From positions 195,588-259,587 of the forward strand of contig JABGXU010000008.1 of NCBI GenBank assembly GCA_018675635.1: a stretch of DNA of 64,000 nt, written 5' to 3'. The notes under the pieces were generated by a model that had not been told where the DNA came from, searched no databases, and saw nothing but the letters and a program-made list of their open reading frames with translations. Shown here one piece after another: positions 53,596 to 62,568 of this stretch (position 1 is the stretch's first letter; every line of letters begins with the position of its first letter). A program made the translations under genes and the position numbers. The DNA comes from Gammaproteobacteria bacterium. GTDB taxonomy: Bacteria; Pseudomonadota; Gammaproteobacteria; Poriferisulfidales; GCA-002705445.

Positions 53596-53609
53596 TTGAT
53601 TTATATCAA
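53596..53609. promoter_or_regulatory. perfect FNR box TTGAT-TTAT-ATCAA
   Basis: Exact TTGAT-N4-ATCAA palindrome in the fnr / GST-operon divergent intergenic region. Centred about 67 nt upstream of the GST ATG and about 62 nt upstream of the fnr ATG. Confidence 0.6.
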
Positions 53610-53669
53610 TAAAACCAATATGAATTTAAGTTATATTTCAAAAAATATATAAATTGAGGAAATAAGGGA

Positions 53670-54269
53670 ATGTTTTTTAAAAAGAAAAAAGAAAAAGATA
53701 AAATAAAACTATATTGTGCAGCCGAGAATCCAGGCTCTTATTCTGCCATTTTTTTATCTTCATATAGACAAATAGATATAGATGTTGAGTGGGTAGATCC
53801 AGCCGAGGGCTCAGAATATAGCGCTTTAATTGGTACGAATACCTTGCCTTCATTAATAGATGGTAAATTTGCAATATGTCGAATATTCCCTGTTTTAACA
53901 TATTTAAATATTATTGGGTCTAAACCAAAAATAGAACCAAGAAAAGCACGTATCTTGGCAAAAGAGAAATACTATATATCTTTAATAGAAAAAGTTTTAT
54001 GGGTAATTAATATTGATAGTGAAAAAGAAAAACTATTATTTTTATTAGATCAGCAGTTGGAAAAGTACAAATTTATCGCTGGTGATGAATTAACTCTAGC
54101 AGATATATATTTATTTGGATTTACTATGATTTCAAATAATGATTTAGTTAAATATAAAAATATTGGTGTTTGGTTAAAAAAAATGTTTTCACTTGTGCCT
54201 AATCAAAATACAGAGTCAATGATTGATGGTGAATTTTATAAACTTCTTAAAGAAAGGAAAATAGCATGA
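53670..54269 (+). CDS. glutathione S-transferase family protein
   Basis: N-terminal thioredoxin-like KIKLYC...TLPSLIDGKFAICRIFPVLTYL and C-terminal GDELTLADIYLF GST_C segment. Confidence 0.65.
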   Translation: MFFKKKKEKDKIKLYCAAENPGSYSAIFLSSYRQIDIDVEWVDPAEGSEYSALIGTNTLPSLIDGKFAICRIFPVLTYLNIIGSKPKIEPRKARILAKEKYYISLIEKVLWVINIDSEKEKLLFLLDQQLEKYKFIAGDELTLADIYLFGFTMISNNDLVKYKNIGVWLKKMFSLVPNQNTESMIDGEFYKLLKERKIA

Positions 54270-55009
54270 AAGAATTATTTGATGATATTGCTATATCAGT
54301 TGATGCGTATGGAGCTGATGGAGATATGAAAAAAACGCAATATGTTCTAGATTTGATTGGTTCAGTATCAAATCCGGAAACTTACAAATGTATTTTAGCA
54401 GCTAGCGAGCAGGGAATGGAAATGAACTGTTACGCTTTAGAAAATTTAAATGACTCACAATTTGATGAAATGAAGGGCGAAACATTAGCTCTAAGAGAAT
54501 CAGATTTTATAATTAGTGGATCAGAAGCAATTGTGGCTTTTATAGATGCAAGAGGGCTAGGATATTCATTGGAGCTTAAAAACGCTCAACTTGCTGCGAT
54601 ACAAAATTATTGGGTAGATATTGCAAATGTTGCTTTCTCCGATTCTGTTTGCAAACTTATATATGGCAATGTTGGTAAACGAAAAGACAAACATACTTTA
54701 ACAAAAGATTCATTAGAAAAAATAAATTTATATTTAGATGCTCTGGATAAGCAACTTAAAAATAATAAATATATAGTTTGTAACAAATATACTTTCGCTG
54801 ATCTTCATTGGACTGCCTATATTCATTTTATATTAATTAGTGATTATGAGGATTTGATAGATAATAAAAAGAATATTCAGGATTGGCTCCAAAGAATTAA
54901 ATCAAGAAAAAGTCAATGTGGTCAAGAAATCGTTGCTTATGATAATTTGCCCAACAAAACTGATATAGAAAACAAAAAATTATCTTCTGTAAGAATAGGT
55001 GATTTTTAG
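54266..55009 (+). CDS. glutathione S-transferase-like protein (second, divergent)
   Basis: GETLALRESDFIISGSEAIVAFID and YIVCNKYTFADLHW GST-like segments; ATGA overlap with the previous GST. Confidence 0.55.
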   Translation: MKELFDDIAISVDAYGADGDMKKTQYVLDLIGSVSNPETYKCILAASEQGMEMNCYALENLNDSQFDEMKGETLALRESDFIISGSEAIVAFIDARGLGYSLELKNAQLAAIQNYWVDIANVAFSDSVCKLIYGNVGKRKDKHTLTKDSLEKINLYLDALDKQLKNNKYIVCNKYTFADLHWTAYIHFILISDYEDLIDNKKNIQDWLQRIKSRKSQCGQEIVAYDNLPNKTDIENKKLSSVRIGDF

Positions 55010-55052
55010 AAACAAGCATTAATTATTGCTAATAAAAGAGAGAAATAAATAA

Positions 55053-56240
55053 ATGAAAAAGTTTTTGATTAATATTAGATATTTTTTAACACCATTGTTA
55101 ATATTTTTAACGGCTATAAGTATAATTATTGGAGGAACATATTGTTGGCTTGGATTATCATTATTAGTTTCATCAATTCTTATTGATTGGGTATCAAGCA
55201 AATTAAGTTTTTGTAATGCACAAGCAGCTGGTACTGATGAAAATGGTGAAAACTATGGCATAGAAAGTTTGTTAAAAACTATGATGTGGTTTCAGTATCC
55301 TGTGTTTGTAGTCATACAATTAGCATTAGCATATAGAGTTTATAGCTATATAAATCATATTGATTTTGAGGTTATAAGTCTTTATGGGTTACCAATACAA
55401 ATGGGTACAACTGGAGCAGAATTAGTAGGTGCAGCTATTTCTTCTGGTATTATTCTTGGTCTTGGAATTATGTTTGGCCATGAGCTTGCTCATACAAAAG
55501 GCCCTACATTCATATTATCAAGATGGATGATGGCGCTAACTGGAATAGCGCATTTTTGTTATGCGCATGTTTATAACCACCATCTAGAACTTGGGTGTGA
55601 AGATGATCCTGCGACTGCACCTAGGGGAAGAACTATTTATTCTCATTGGTTACTTTCTCATTTTGGACAGTCAAGATTCCTTTACGTAATGGAGCAACAT
55701 CGTCTCCAGAGATTAGGAAAACCATTTTTGTCTTTTAGCAATAGATGGCTAAGAGGATATGCAATGAGTTTGCCTACTATATTTTTATTTTGGTTTATTG
55801 GAGGGTGGGTAGGATTACTTATAATGTTGATAACATGGATTATTTCTTCATTTGAATTAGAGGTTTTAAATTATTTAGAGCACTATGGATTAATTAGAGA
55901 GACAGGTTCTCCAATTGACTATAGGCATTCTTGGGATGTTCACAGCTCTCCTTGGACTCAATGGGGTTTTATAGAAATTGGTTTACAGGCCGATCATCAT
56001 GATAGAGGTGAAACTCACTTCTGGGAATTAAATAAATGTGATGCACCTGATACTGGTCTAGGTTATTACGCCATGTTATCAATGATAATAGTGCCGCCAG
56101 TTTGGGAATCTTTTATAAAACCACATCTAGCAAAATGGGACGAAGAAAGAGCTTCTGAGGGCGAGAAAATTATTGCAGGAAAGATGAATTACAAAGCAGG
56201 TTGGACAGACATGCCGTTATGCGAAGGGAGTGAAAAATGA
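55053..56240 (+). CDS. AlkB/XylM-like integral-membrane di-iron hydroxylase (fatty acid desaturase superfamily)
   Basis: His boxes HELAHTK, HVYNHH, NYLEHYGL and LQADHHD arranged as in alkane-1-monooxygenases. The third box is divergent. Confidence 0.65.
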   Translation: MKKFLINIRYFLTPLLIFLTAISIIIGGTYCWLGLSLLVSSILIDWVSSKLSFCNAQAAGTDENGENYGIESLLKTMMWFQYPVFVVIQLALAYRVYSYINHIDFEVISLYGLPIQMGTTGAELVGAAISSGIILGLGIMFGHELAHTKGPTFILSRWMMALTGIAHFCYAHVYNHHLELGCEDDPATAPRGRTIYSHWLLSHFGQSRFLYVMEQHRLQRLGKPFLSFSNRWLRGYAMSLPTIFLFWFIGGWVGLLIMLITWIISSFELEVLNYLEHYGLIRETGSPIDYRHSWDVHSSPWTQWGFIEIGLQADHHDRGETHFWELNKCDAPDTGLGYYAMLSMIIVPPVWESFIKPHLAKWDEERASEGEKIIAGKMNYKAGWTDMPLCEGSEK

Positions 56241-56443
56241 GAGTAAAAATTGCTTTATTTGTAATATTAATATTTACATATTCAATATATTATTTGTTAG
56301 AAAGTATAGGAGTGAATGAGCATCATGATGACCTTGTTTGGGCTTTTTTAACTTCGGTTACCTTTTTATTAACACTATTAATTGATGTTTATTTGTTTTT
56401 TGCTATAGCAAAAGAAGATGCATATAAATGGGGTATTGACTGA
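56237..56443 (+). CDS. hypothetical 68-aa two-TM membrane protein coupled (ATGA) to the hydroxylase
   Basis: Two hydrophobic helices; the start overlaps the hydroxylase stop. Confidence 0.45.
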   Translation: MRVKIALFVILIFTYSIYYLLESIGVNEHHDDLVWAFLTSVTFLLTLLIDVYLFFAIAKEDAYKWGID

Positions 56444-56606
56444 GTTTTTTTAAATTAGTTACTATAATATGCCAGATACATTATCCTCGAGTGATTACAT
56501 AGATATAGTAACTTTTAAAATTATTCGATTCATGTAAATTTGATATAATCTTTGTATAATTTTGTTATAGATTAATATTAAGGTTTTTTCTAATATAGTT
56601 AATAAT

Positions 56607-57083
56607 ATGATTGCAAAGAAAATCGATGGTTGTGAAGAATATATAATTAGTGGCAATAACTCATTATCTTTTCGAGACAGCGTTATATTTATATCTTTAA
56701 TAAGCTTTATTTCTTTATCTATTGCAATAGGATTCTCGTATAAAGGTTATTGGGTAATACTCCCATTTGCTGGAGTGGAGATGATTTTATTAGCAGTTAT
56801 GCTATTATATTGCTGCCATAATAATTCAATGTGCGAGAAGATTCAGATTTTTGGGGATAAAGTCAATATATCTTCAAAATATAGGAAAAATAAAGGATTT
56901 TTTGAGGTAAATAAATATTGGTCATCTATAGTTTTGAGTAAACCGAAGCTTAGAGGTCATCCTCATAGGTTGTTTATAAGATATAAAGGAAGGGAAATGG
57001 AAATCGGAGTTATGTTGGAAGACAAAGAAAGATTAAAGCTTGCAGCTATGCTAAACACTTCACTTAAAAAAAGGAATAAATAA
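56607..57083 (+). CDS. DUF2244-like membrane protein associated with cytochrome oxidase clusters
   Basis: 158 aa with two TM helices followed by a basic soluble tail, immediately upstream of coxB. Confidence 0.5.
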   Translation: MIAKKIDGCEEYIISGNNSLSFRDSVIFISLISFISLSIAIGFSYKGYWVILPFAGVEMILLAVMLLYCCHNNSMCEKIQIFGDKVNISSKYRKNKGFFEVNKYWSSIVLSKPKLRGHPHRLFIRYKGREMEIGVMLEDKERLKLAAMLNTSLKKRNK

Positions 57084-57883
57084 TGCGCTATTTAAACAAA
57101 TTTTTAATTTTTGTGATGATTAATATTTCGGTATTACCTGCTCAAGCTGGCTGGCTGGATCTAAATATGCCTAAGGGCGTTACTGATATTAGTAATGAAG
57201 TTTTTGGTCTACATATGTTAATACTTTGGATTTGCGTTGTTATCGGAGTTATTGTTTTTGGAGCAATGTTTTGGTCTATATTAATGCATCGAAAATCAAA
57301 AGGAGTGACACCAGCAACTTGGCATGAAAGTACAAAATTAGAATTTATATGGACTATTGTTCCTTTTATAATTTTAATTGGAATGGCTGTTCCTGCTACC
57401 AAAACATTAATAAAGATGTACGATCATAGTGATTCTGAAATACATATTAAAATTACTGGTTATCAATGGTTGTGGCAATACGAATATTTAAATACAGGCA
57501 TTTCTTATTATAGTAAATTATCTACTCCATATAGCGAAATTTATAATAAGAAAAGCAAGAACGTTAATTATTTACAACAAGTGGACAATGAACTTGTTGT
57601 TCCAATTAATAAAAAAATAAGATTTTTGTTAACTTCTAATGATGTTTTGCATGCATGGTGGGTTCCAGACTTAGCATTAAAGAGGGATGCAATGCCAGGG
57701 TACATAAATGAGATGTCTACAATAATAAATAAACCAGGAATCTATAGAGGTAGTTGTGCTGAATTATGCGGAAGACATCATGGTTTTATGCCAATAGTTA
57801 TTAAAGCTGTTACAGAGGATGAATATGAAAAATGGTTAACTGCTAGAAAGGTTAAGACATCTGGGGTTGCCAAAATTAAATAA
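57083..57883 (+). CDS. coxB: cytochrome c oxidase subunit II
   Basis: CuA site HAWWVPDL...CAELCGRHHGFM. Confidence 0.95.
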   Translation: MRYLNKFLIFVMINISVLPAQAGWLDLNMPKGVTDISNEVFGLHMLILWICVVIGVIVFGAMFWSILMHRKSKGVTPATWHESTKLEFIWTIVPFIILIGMAVPATKTLIKMYDHSDSEIHIKITGYQWLWQYEYLNTGISYYSKLSTPYSEIYNKKSKNVNYLQQVDNELVVPINKKIRFLLTSNDVLHAWWVPDLALKRDAMPGYINEMSTIINKPGIYRGSCAELCGRHHGFMPIVIKAVTEDEYEKWLTARKVKTSGVAKIK

Positions 57884-57897
57884 AAAGGAGAAATATT

Positions 57898-59469
57898 ATG
57901 AGTTCGGTTGTAAAAGATACGCATCATGATGATCATCCATCAGGTATTATGAGATGGATAAGAACTACAAACCATAAGGATATTGGAACATTATATTTAT
58001 GGTTTGCTATGATAATGTTTTTTATAGGCGGCTTCATGGCATTAATTATCCGTTCAGAACTTTTTCAACCTGGACTTCAATTTGTTGACCCTCAGTTCTT
58101 TAATTCTATGACGACAATGCACGCGCTTGTTATGCTTTTTGGAGTTGTTATGCCTGCATTTACAGGATTAGCTAACTGGTTAATTCCTATGATGGTTGGT
58201 GGCCCAGATATGGCTTTACCTAGAATGAATAATTGGAGCTTCTGGATTTTACCATTTGCATTTTCAATGCTTCTTTCAACATTATGGATGGATGGTGGTG
58301 CACCTGCTGGAGGATGGACTTTATATCCTCCATTAAGCTTACAAACAGGTGATGCGTTTCCATTTTTAATTTTTTCAATTCATTTTATGGGGCTTTCATC
58401 AATCATGGGCGCTATAAATGTTATAGCTACTATTTTAAATATGAGAGCACCAGGCATGACATTAATGAAAATGCCACTTTTTGTTTGGACTTGGTTAATT
58501 ACTGCATTCTTACTTATAGCTGTAATGCCTGTATTAGCTGGTGGAGTAACAATGCTTCTCACAGATAAGTTTTTTGGAACTAGTTTTTTTAATGCGGCTG
58601 GTGGTGGAGATCCTGTTATGTTCCAGCATATTTTTTGGTTTTTTGGCCATCCTGAAGTTTATATTTTAATTCTTCCTTCTTTCGGAGTAGTTTCCAGCAT
58701 TATTCCAACTTTTGCTCGAAAACCTTTGTTTGGATATAGCTCAATGGTCTATGCGACAGCATCTATAGCTTTCTTGTCATTTATTGTCTGGGCTCATCAT
58801 ATGTTCACAGTTGGGATTCCTCTTGCAGGGGAATTATTTTTTATGTTCGCAACCATGTTAATTGCTGTTCCTACAGGAGTTAAAGTATTTAATTGGGTGA
58901 CGACTATGTGGAAAGGAGCGATGACATTTGAAACACCAATGTTATTTGCAATAGCGTTTATAGTGATGTTTACTATCGGGGGATTTTCAGGATTAATGTT
59001 GGCTATAACTCCTGCAGACTTTCAATATCATGACACGTATTTTGTAGTTGCTCATTTTCACTATGTATTAGTTCCAGGATCTATATTTGCAATTATGGCA
59101 GCATGTTATTATTGGCTCCCTAAATGGACTGGGAATATGTACCCTGAAACTTTAGGAAAAATACATTTTTGGCTTTCAACTTTTTTTGTAAATTTAACTT
59201 TTTTCCCAATGCATTTTGTAGGACTTGCAGGAATGCCAAGAAGGATTCCGGACTATTCACTTCAATTTGCAGATTATAATATGATTGCTAGCATTGGTGC
59301 TTTTGGTTTTGGTATTGCACAAATATTATTTTTATATATTGTAATTAAGACAATTAAGGGTGGTAAAAAAGCTACAGACCAAGTTTGGGATGGCGCTGAC
59401 GGTTTGGAGTGGACATTACCTTCTCCACCTCCTTATCACTCTTTTAATACGCCGCCTGTAGTAAAATAA
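57898..59469 (+). CDS. coxA: cytochrome c oxidase subunit I
   Basis: 523 aa; 12 TM; WFFGHPEVYILILP heme-copper motif. Confidence 0.95.
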   Translation: MSSVVKDTHHDDHPSGIMRWIRTTNHKDIGTLYLWFAMIMFFIGGFMALIIRSELFQPGLQFVDPQFFNSMTTMHALVMLFGVVMPAFTGLANWLIPMMVGGPDMALPRMNNWSFWILPFAFSMLLSTLWMDGGAPAGGWTLYPPLSLQTGDAFPFLIFSIHFMGLSSIMGAINVIATILNMRAPGMTLMKMPLFVWTWLITAFLLIAVMPVLAGGVTMLLTDKFFGTSFFNAAGGGDPVMFQHIFWFFGHPEVYILILPSFGVVSSIIPTFARKPLFGYSSMVYATASIAFLSFIVWAHHMFTVGIPLAGELFFMFATMLIAVPTGVKVFNWVTTMWKGAMTFETPMLFAIAFIVMFTIGGFSGLMLAITPADFQYHDTYFVVAHFHYVLVPGSIFAIMAACYYWLPKWTGNMYPETLGKIHFWLSTFFVNLTFFPMHFVGLAGMPRRIPDYSLQFADYNMIASIGAFGFGIAQILFLYIVIKTIKGGKKATDQVWDGADGLEWTLPSPPPYHSFNTPPVVK

Positions 59470-59477
59470 TGCTAAAT

Positions 59478-59594
59478 ATGGGTCAGGAGAATTTTTTGGA
59501 AATAAAAAAGAAAATAAAAATAACAACAATAATTTTAGCTATAGTAGCTTTAACTATATATGTAAGTTTTTATTTCATTGTATCTAATAGGTAA
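59478..59594 (+). CDS. possible 38-aa single-TM peptide between coxA and ctaG (MGQENFLEIKKKIKITTIILAIVALTIYVSFYFIVSNR)
   Basis: Hand-translated intergenic ORF ending 7 nt before ctaG; weak RBS. Confidence 0.3.
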   Translation: MGQENFLEIKKKIKITTIILAIVALTIYVSFYFIVSNR

Positions 59595-59600
59595 ATAAAA

Positions 59601-60143
59601 ATGAAAGACATGAAGATGAACGTAAAAACAGCAAAGAAACTAATTATTGTATGTTTTGGTATGTTTTTATTTTCTTTTGCTTTAGTGCCATTATATAACG
59701 TTATATGTGATGTAACAGGTTTAAACGGAAACACCTCTAATTTAAGAGAAAAAACTGAACAACATTCAGAAAAGATTAGTAATGAAAAATTAAATATACA
59801 GTTTATTTCTAACGAAATAAATAAAGACAAAATAGATTTTAAGCCATCGGAATTTGAAATGACAATTTCTCCTGGCAAAGTATATAGCACTTATTTTTTA
59901 GTTAGGAATAAATCTAGTTCAATTATAGAAGGTCAGGCAATACCAAGCGTTTCTCCTAATGAGGCATCAATATATTTAAATAAGATTAAGTGTTTCTGTT
60001 TTGAAAAACAGATTATCGAACCAGGAGAAGTTGTTAAACTGCCATTATATTTTTCTGTAAGCGAGAAATTACCTGTAAGAATAAAAACATTAACTTTATC
60101 ATATACATTTTTTGATTTAGTTAAAGTTTCTAAAAAAGATTAA
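59601..60143 (+). CDS. ctaG: cytochrome c oxidase assembly protein CtaG/Cox11
   Basis: N-terminal TM plus KIKCFCFEKQ copper-binding CFCF motif. Confidence 0.9.
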   Translation: MKDMKMNVKTAKKLIIVCFGMFLFSFALVPLYNVICDVTGLNGNTSNLREKTEQHSEKISNEKLNIQFISNEINKDKIDFKPSEFEMTISPGKVYSTYFLVRNKSSSIIEGQAIPSVSPNEASIYLNKIKCFCFEKQIIEPGEVVKLPLYFSVSEKLPVRIKTLTLSYTFFDLVKVSKKD

Positions 60144-60167
60144 TTAGAATAAAGGGGATAAATAAAA

Positions 60168-61037
60168 ATGTCAGAGTCAGGAAGTTATTACATACCTCAT
60201 GGAAGTAATTGGCCAATCATAGCATCAATAGGTGTTTGCACTACAATGGTTGGAGGTTCAATTTTATTGAATGGAAGCGATATAGGTAAATATATTTTAT
60301 TTATTGGACTAGCTATTGTTATTTATATGATCGTCGGATGGTTTAGTACAGTAGTATCTGAAAGTGAAAGGGGAATTTACGATTCACAAGTTGATTCATC
60401 TTTTAGATGGGGAATGGTTTGGTTTATTTTCTCAGAAGTAATGTTTTTTGCTGTTTTTTTTGGCGCACTTTTTTATGTTAGATCATATTCTTTGCCTTGG
60501 CTTGGTGGTGAGGGAACAGGCTTAGCAACAAACACTTTTTTATGGCCTAATTATGAAGCTGTTTGGCCTCAGACAGCCAATGGTCCAGGCGAAATTGGTG
60601 GTAAATTTGAACATATGAGTGCATGGGGACTTCCAGCACTTAATACGGCTATATTATTAACTAGTGGTTTAACATTAACATGGGCTCATCATGCTTTAAA
60701 AGAAATGAAAAGAGGTCAATTAATTGCTGGTTTATTCTTAACTGTAGCTCTTGGTTCGGTTTTTATGATTTTTCAGGCGATTGAATATGGGCATGCTTTT
60801 ACTGAGTTAAACTTAAATTTAGGTAGCGGCATATATGGGTCAACTTTTTTTATGTTAACTGGATTTCATGGTTTTCATGTAACTATCGGAACAATTATGT
60901 TGTGTGTAATTTTAGGAAGGTCAATTCGTGGTCATTTTAATCCAAAAAATCATTTTGCATTTGAAGCGGTTGCTTGGTACTGGCATTTTGTTGATGTAGT
61001 TTGGTTAGGGCTTTTTATATTTGTATATTGGATTTAG
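60168..61037 (+). CDS. coxC: cytochrome c oxidase subunit III
   Basis: 289 aa; 7 TM; GFHGFHVTIGT motif. Confidence 0.95.
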   Translation: MSESGSYYIPHGSNWPIIASIGVCTTMVGGSILLNGSDIGKYILFIGLAIVIYMIVGWFSTVVSESERGIYDSQVDSSFRWGMVWFIFSEVMFFAVFFGALFYVRSYSLPWLGGEGTGLATNTFLWPNYEAVWPQTANGPGEIGGKFEHMSAWGLPALNTAILLTSGLTLTWAHHALKEMKRGQLIAGLFLTVALGSVFMIFQAIEYGHAFTELNLNLGSGIYGSTFFMLTGFHGFHVTIGTIMLCVILGRSIRGHFNPKNHFAFEAVAWYWHFVDVVWLGLFIFVYWI

Positions 61038-61244
61038 TTAGTTCTTTATGCCGTGCGGCTGGATATAACCATACTTATACATAATTATTAATATAATAAA
61101 TAATAGGATAGATAACCCTATTCTTATTTTTAGTGCATTTACAACTCTATTTTTGTTACCCTTATCTTTTATTAAGAAAAATAATGAACCAAATAAACTT
61201 ATTATGATTAATAGAAACAAGAATATAAATATAATTTTAAACAT
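61038..61244 (-). CDS. DUF2909-like twin-TM small protein (typical between coxC and surf1)
   Basis: 68 aa, two hydrophobic helices, in the conserved slot but on the opposite strand. Confidence 0.45.
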   Translation of the reverse strand: MFKIIFIFLFLLIIISLFGSLFFLIKDKGNKNRVVNALKIRIGLSILLFIILIIMYKYGYIQPHGIKN

Positions 61245-61259
61245 TAATAATAAATTTTT

Positions 61260-61994
61260 TTGTTTATGAAACTTAAATTACTTTCTAGCATTATTTTTCT
61301 ATCATGTATATCCTTATTTATTAGTTTAGGATTTTGGCAAATAGATAGAGCAAATCAAAAAGATAGTATAGTTGAATTATATAAAGATAGGCAGTTATCT
61401 CCAGTAAAGTCATTACAGACATTTAAAAATAGAGATATAAAAAAGCTACATTTTATAAATTGTAAAATAAAAGGACGATACTTAAATAAAATATTTCTTA
61501 TAGACAATAAGATCAAGAATAATCAACTAGGATTTAATGTAGTAACACCATTTCAGCTTGAGAAAGGGGGTGAAATAATAATTGTAGACAGAGGCTGGCT
61601 GCCAATTAAAGGTGCGCGGTCTGAAATAATTAATAATTTTAATTATTTAAATAATCAAAAAATTGATAAAAATGCACAGGAAATTAATGGGTATATTTAC
61701 CCAAAAGATGAGAGTTATACTATTGGAGAGATATCAACAAATAAAGAATGGCCAAGATTATTGCAAGCAATTGATTTTCAAGAAATTAATAATGATATTT
61801 CAGAAAAAGATTTATTGCTGAGTGGAGTAATATTTAGACTTGGTAAAAATAATGAATTTGGTTTTAATAGGGAGTGGGAAATAGTTTATATGGATAGCAA
61901 TAAGCATCTAGGATATGCATTTCAATGGTTTAGTTTAGCACTTGTATTTCTAGTTATGACAATAATATTTTTTTTAAGAAATAAAGATGGATAA
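61260..61994 (+). CDS. surf1: SURF1 family cytochrome oxidase biogenesis protein
   Basis: Two flanking TM helices; VVTPFQLEKGGEIIIVDRGWLP motif. Confidence 0.85.
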   Translation: MFMKLKLLSSIIFLSCISLFISLGFWQIDRANQKDSIVELYKDRQLSPVKSLQTFKNRDIKKLHFINCKIKGRYLNKIFLIDNKIKNNQLGFNVVTPFQLEKGGEIIIVDRGWLPIKGARSEIINNFNYLNNQKIDKNAQEINGYIYPKDESYTIGEISTNKEWPRLLQAIDFQEINNDISEKDLLLSGVIFRLGKNNEFGFNREWEIVYMDSNKHLGYAFQWFSLALVFLVMTIIFFLRNKDG

Positions 61995-62559
61995 AAAAAC
62001 AGATTATTATCTTCAAGTAAAAACAAAATTATATTTGTTACTAATTATACTGTCATTTATAGGCCCACTTATACTTGCAACAATAATGTATAAATATAGT
62101 GATGCTCTTCCTGTTGCCCCACCAAAATCATATGGAAGTCTTATTAATCCTGTAATAACAATTAGTAAAAAAGATGAATTTAATAACATATTATCTATAA
62201 AGAAATGGACGTTAATGTATGTATATGGGAGTAATTTATGTGATCTTTCATGTGAAGCTACTTTATATATGATGCATCAGGTTAGGGAATCATTAGGTAA
62301 AGACATGCAAAGAGTATCTAATATTATTGTTACAAATACTGATTTTAATAATAATGATAATAAAAGGATTATTAAAAAATATAAAAATTTAAAACAATTA
62401 GATTTAATAAATAAAAATTTATTTAAAGTATTAAAGCATAATCATCTTTATATGGTTGATCCTTTAGGTAACATATTTATGTATTACGATAAAAATTTTA
62501 AAGCTAAAGGCTTAAAAAAAGATATTAAAAAAATATTAAAAATATCAAGAATTGGTTGA
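61987..62559 (+). CDS. membrane-anchored hypothetical protein with CxxxC motif (Sco-like?) in cox cluster
   Basis: N-terminal TM. KKWTLMYVYGSNLCDLSCEATLYMMHQVRESL resembles the Sco/SenC W.LVYFG..CP..CP...L pattern. Confidence 0.4.
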   Translation: MDKKTDYYLQVKTKLYLLLIILSFIGPLILATIMYKYSDALPVAPPKSYGSLINPVITISKKDEFNNILSIKKWTLMYVYGSNLCDLSCEATLYMMHQVRESLGKDMQRVSNIIVTNTDFNNNDNKRIIKKYKNLKQLDLINKNLFKVLKHNHLYMVDPLGNIFMYYDKNFKAKGLKKDIKKILKISRIG

Positions 62560-62568
62560 TAAAATTTT

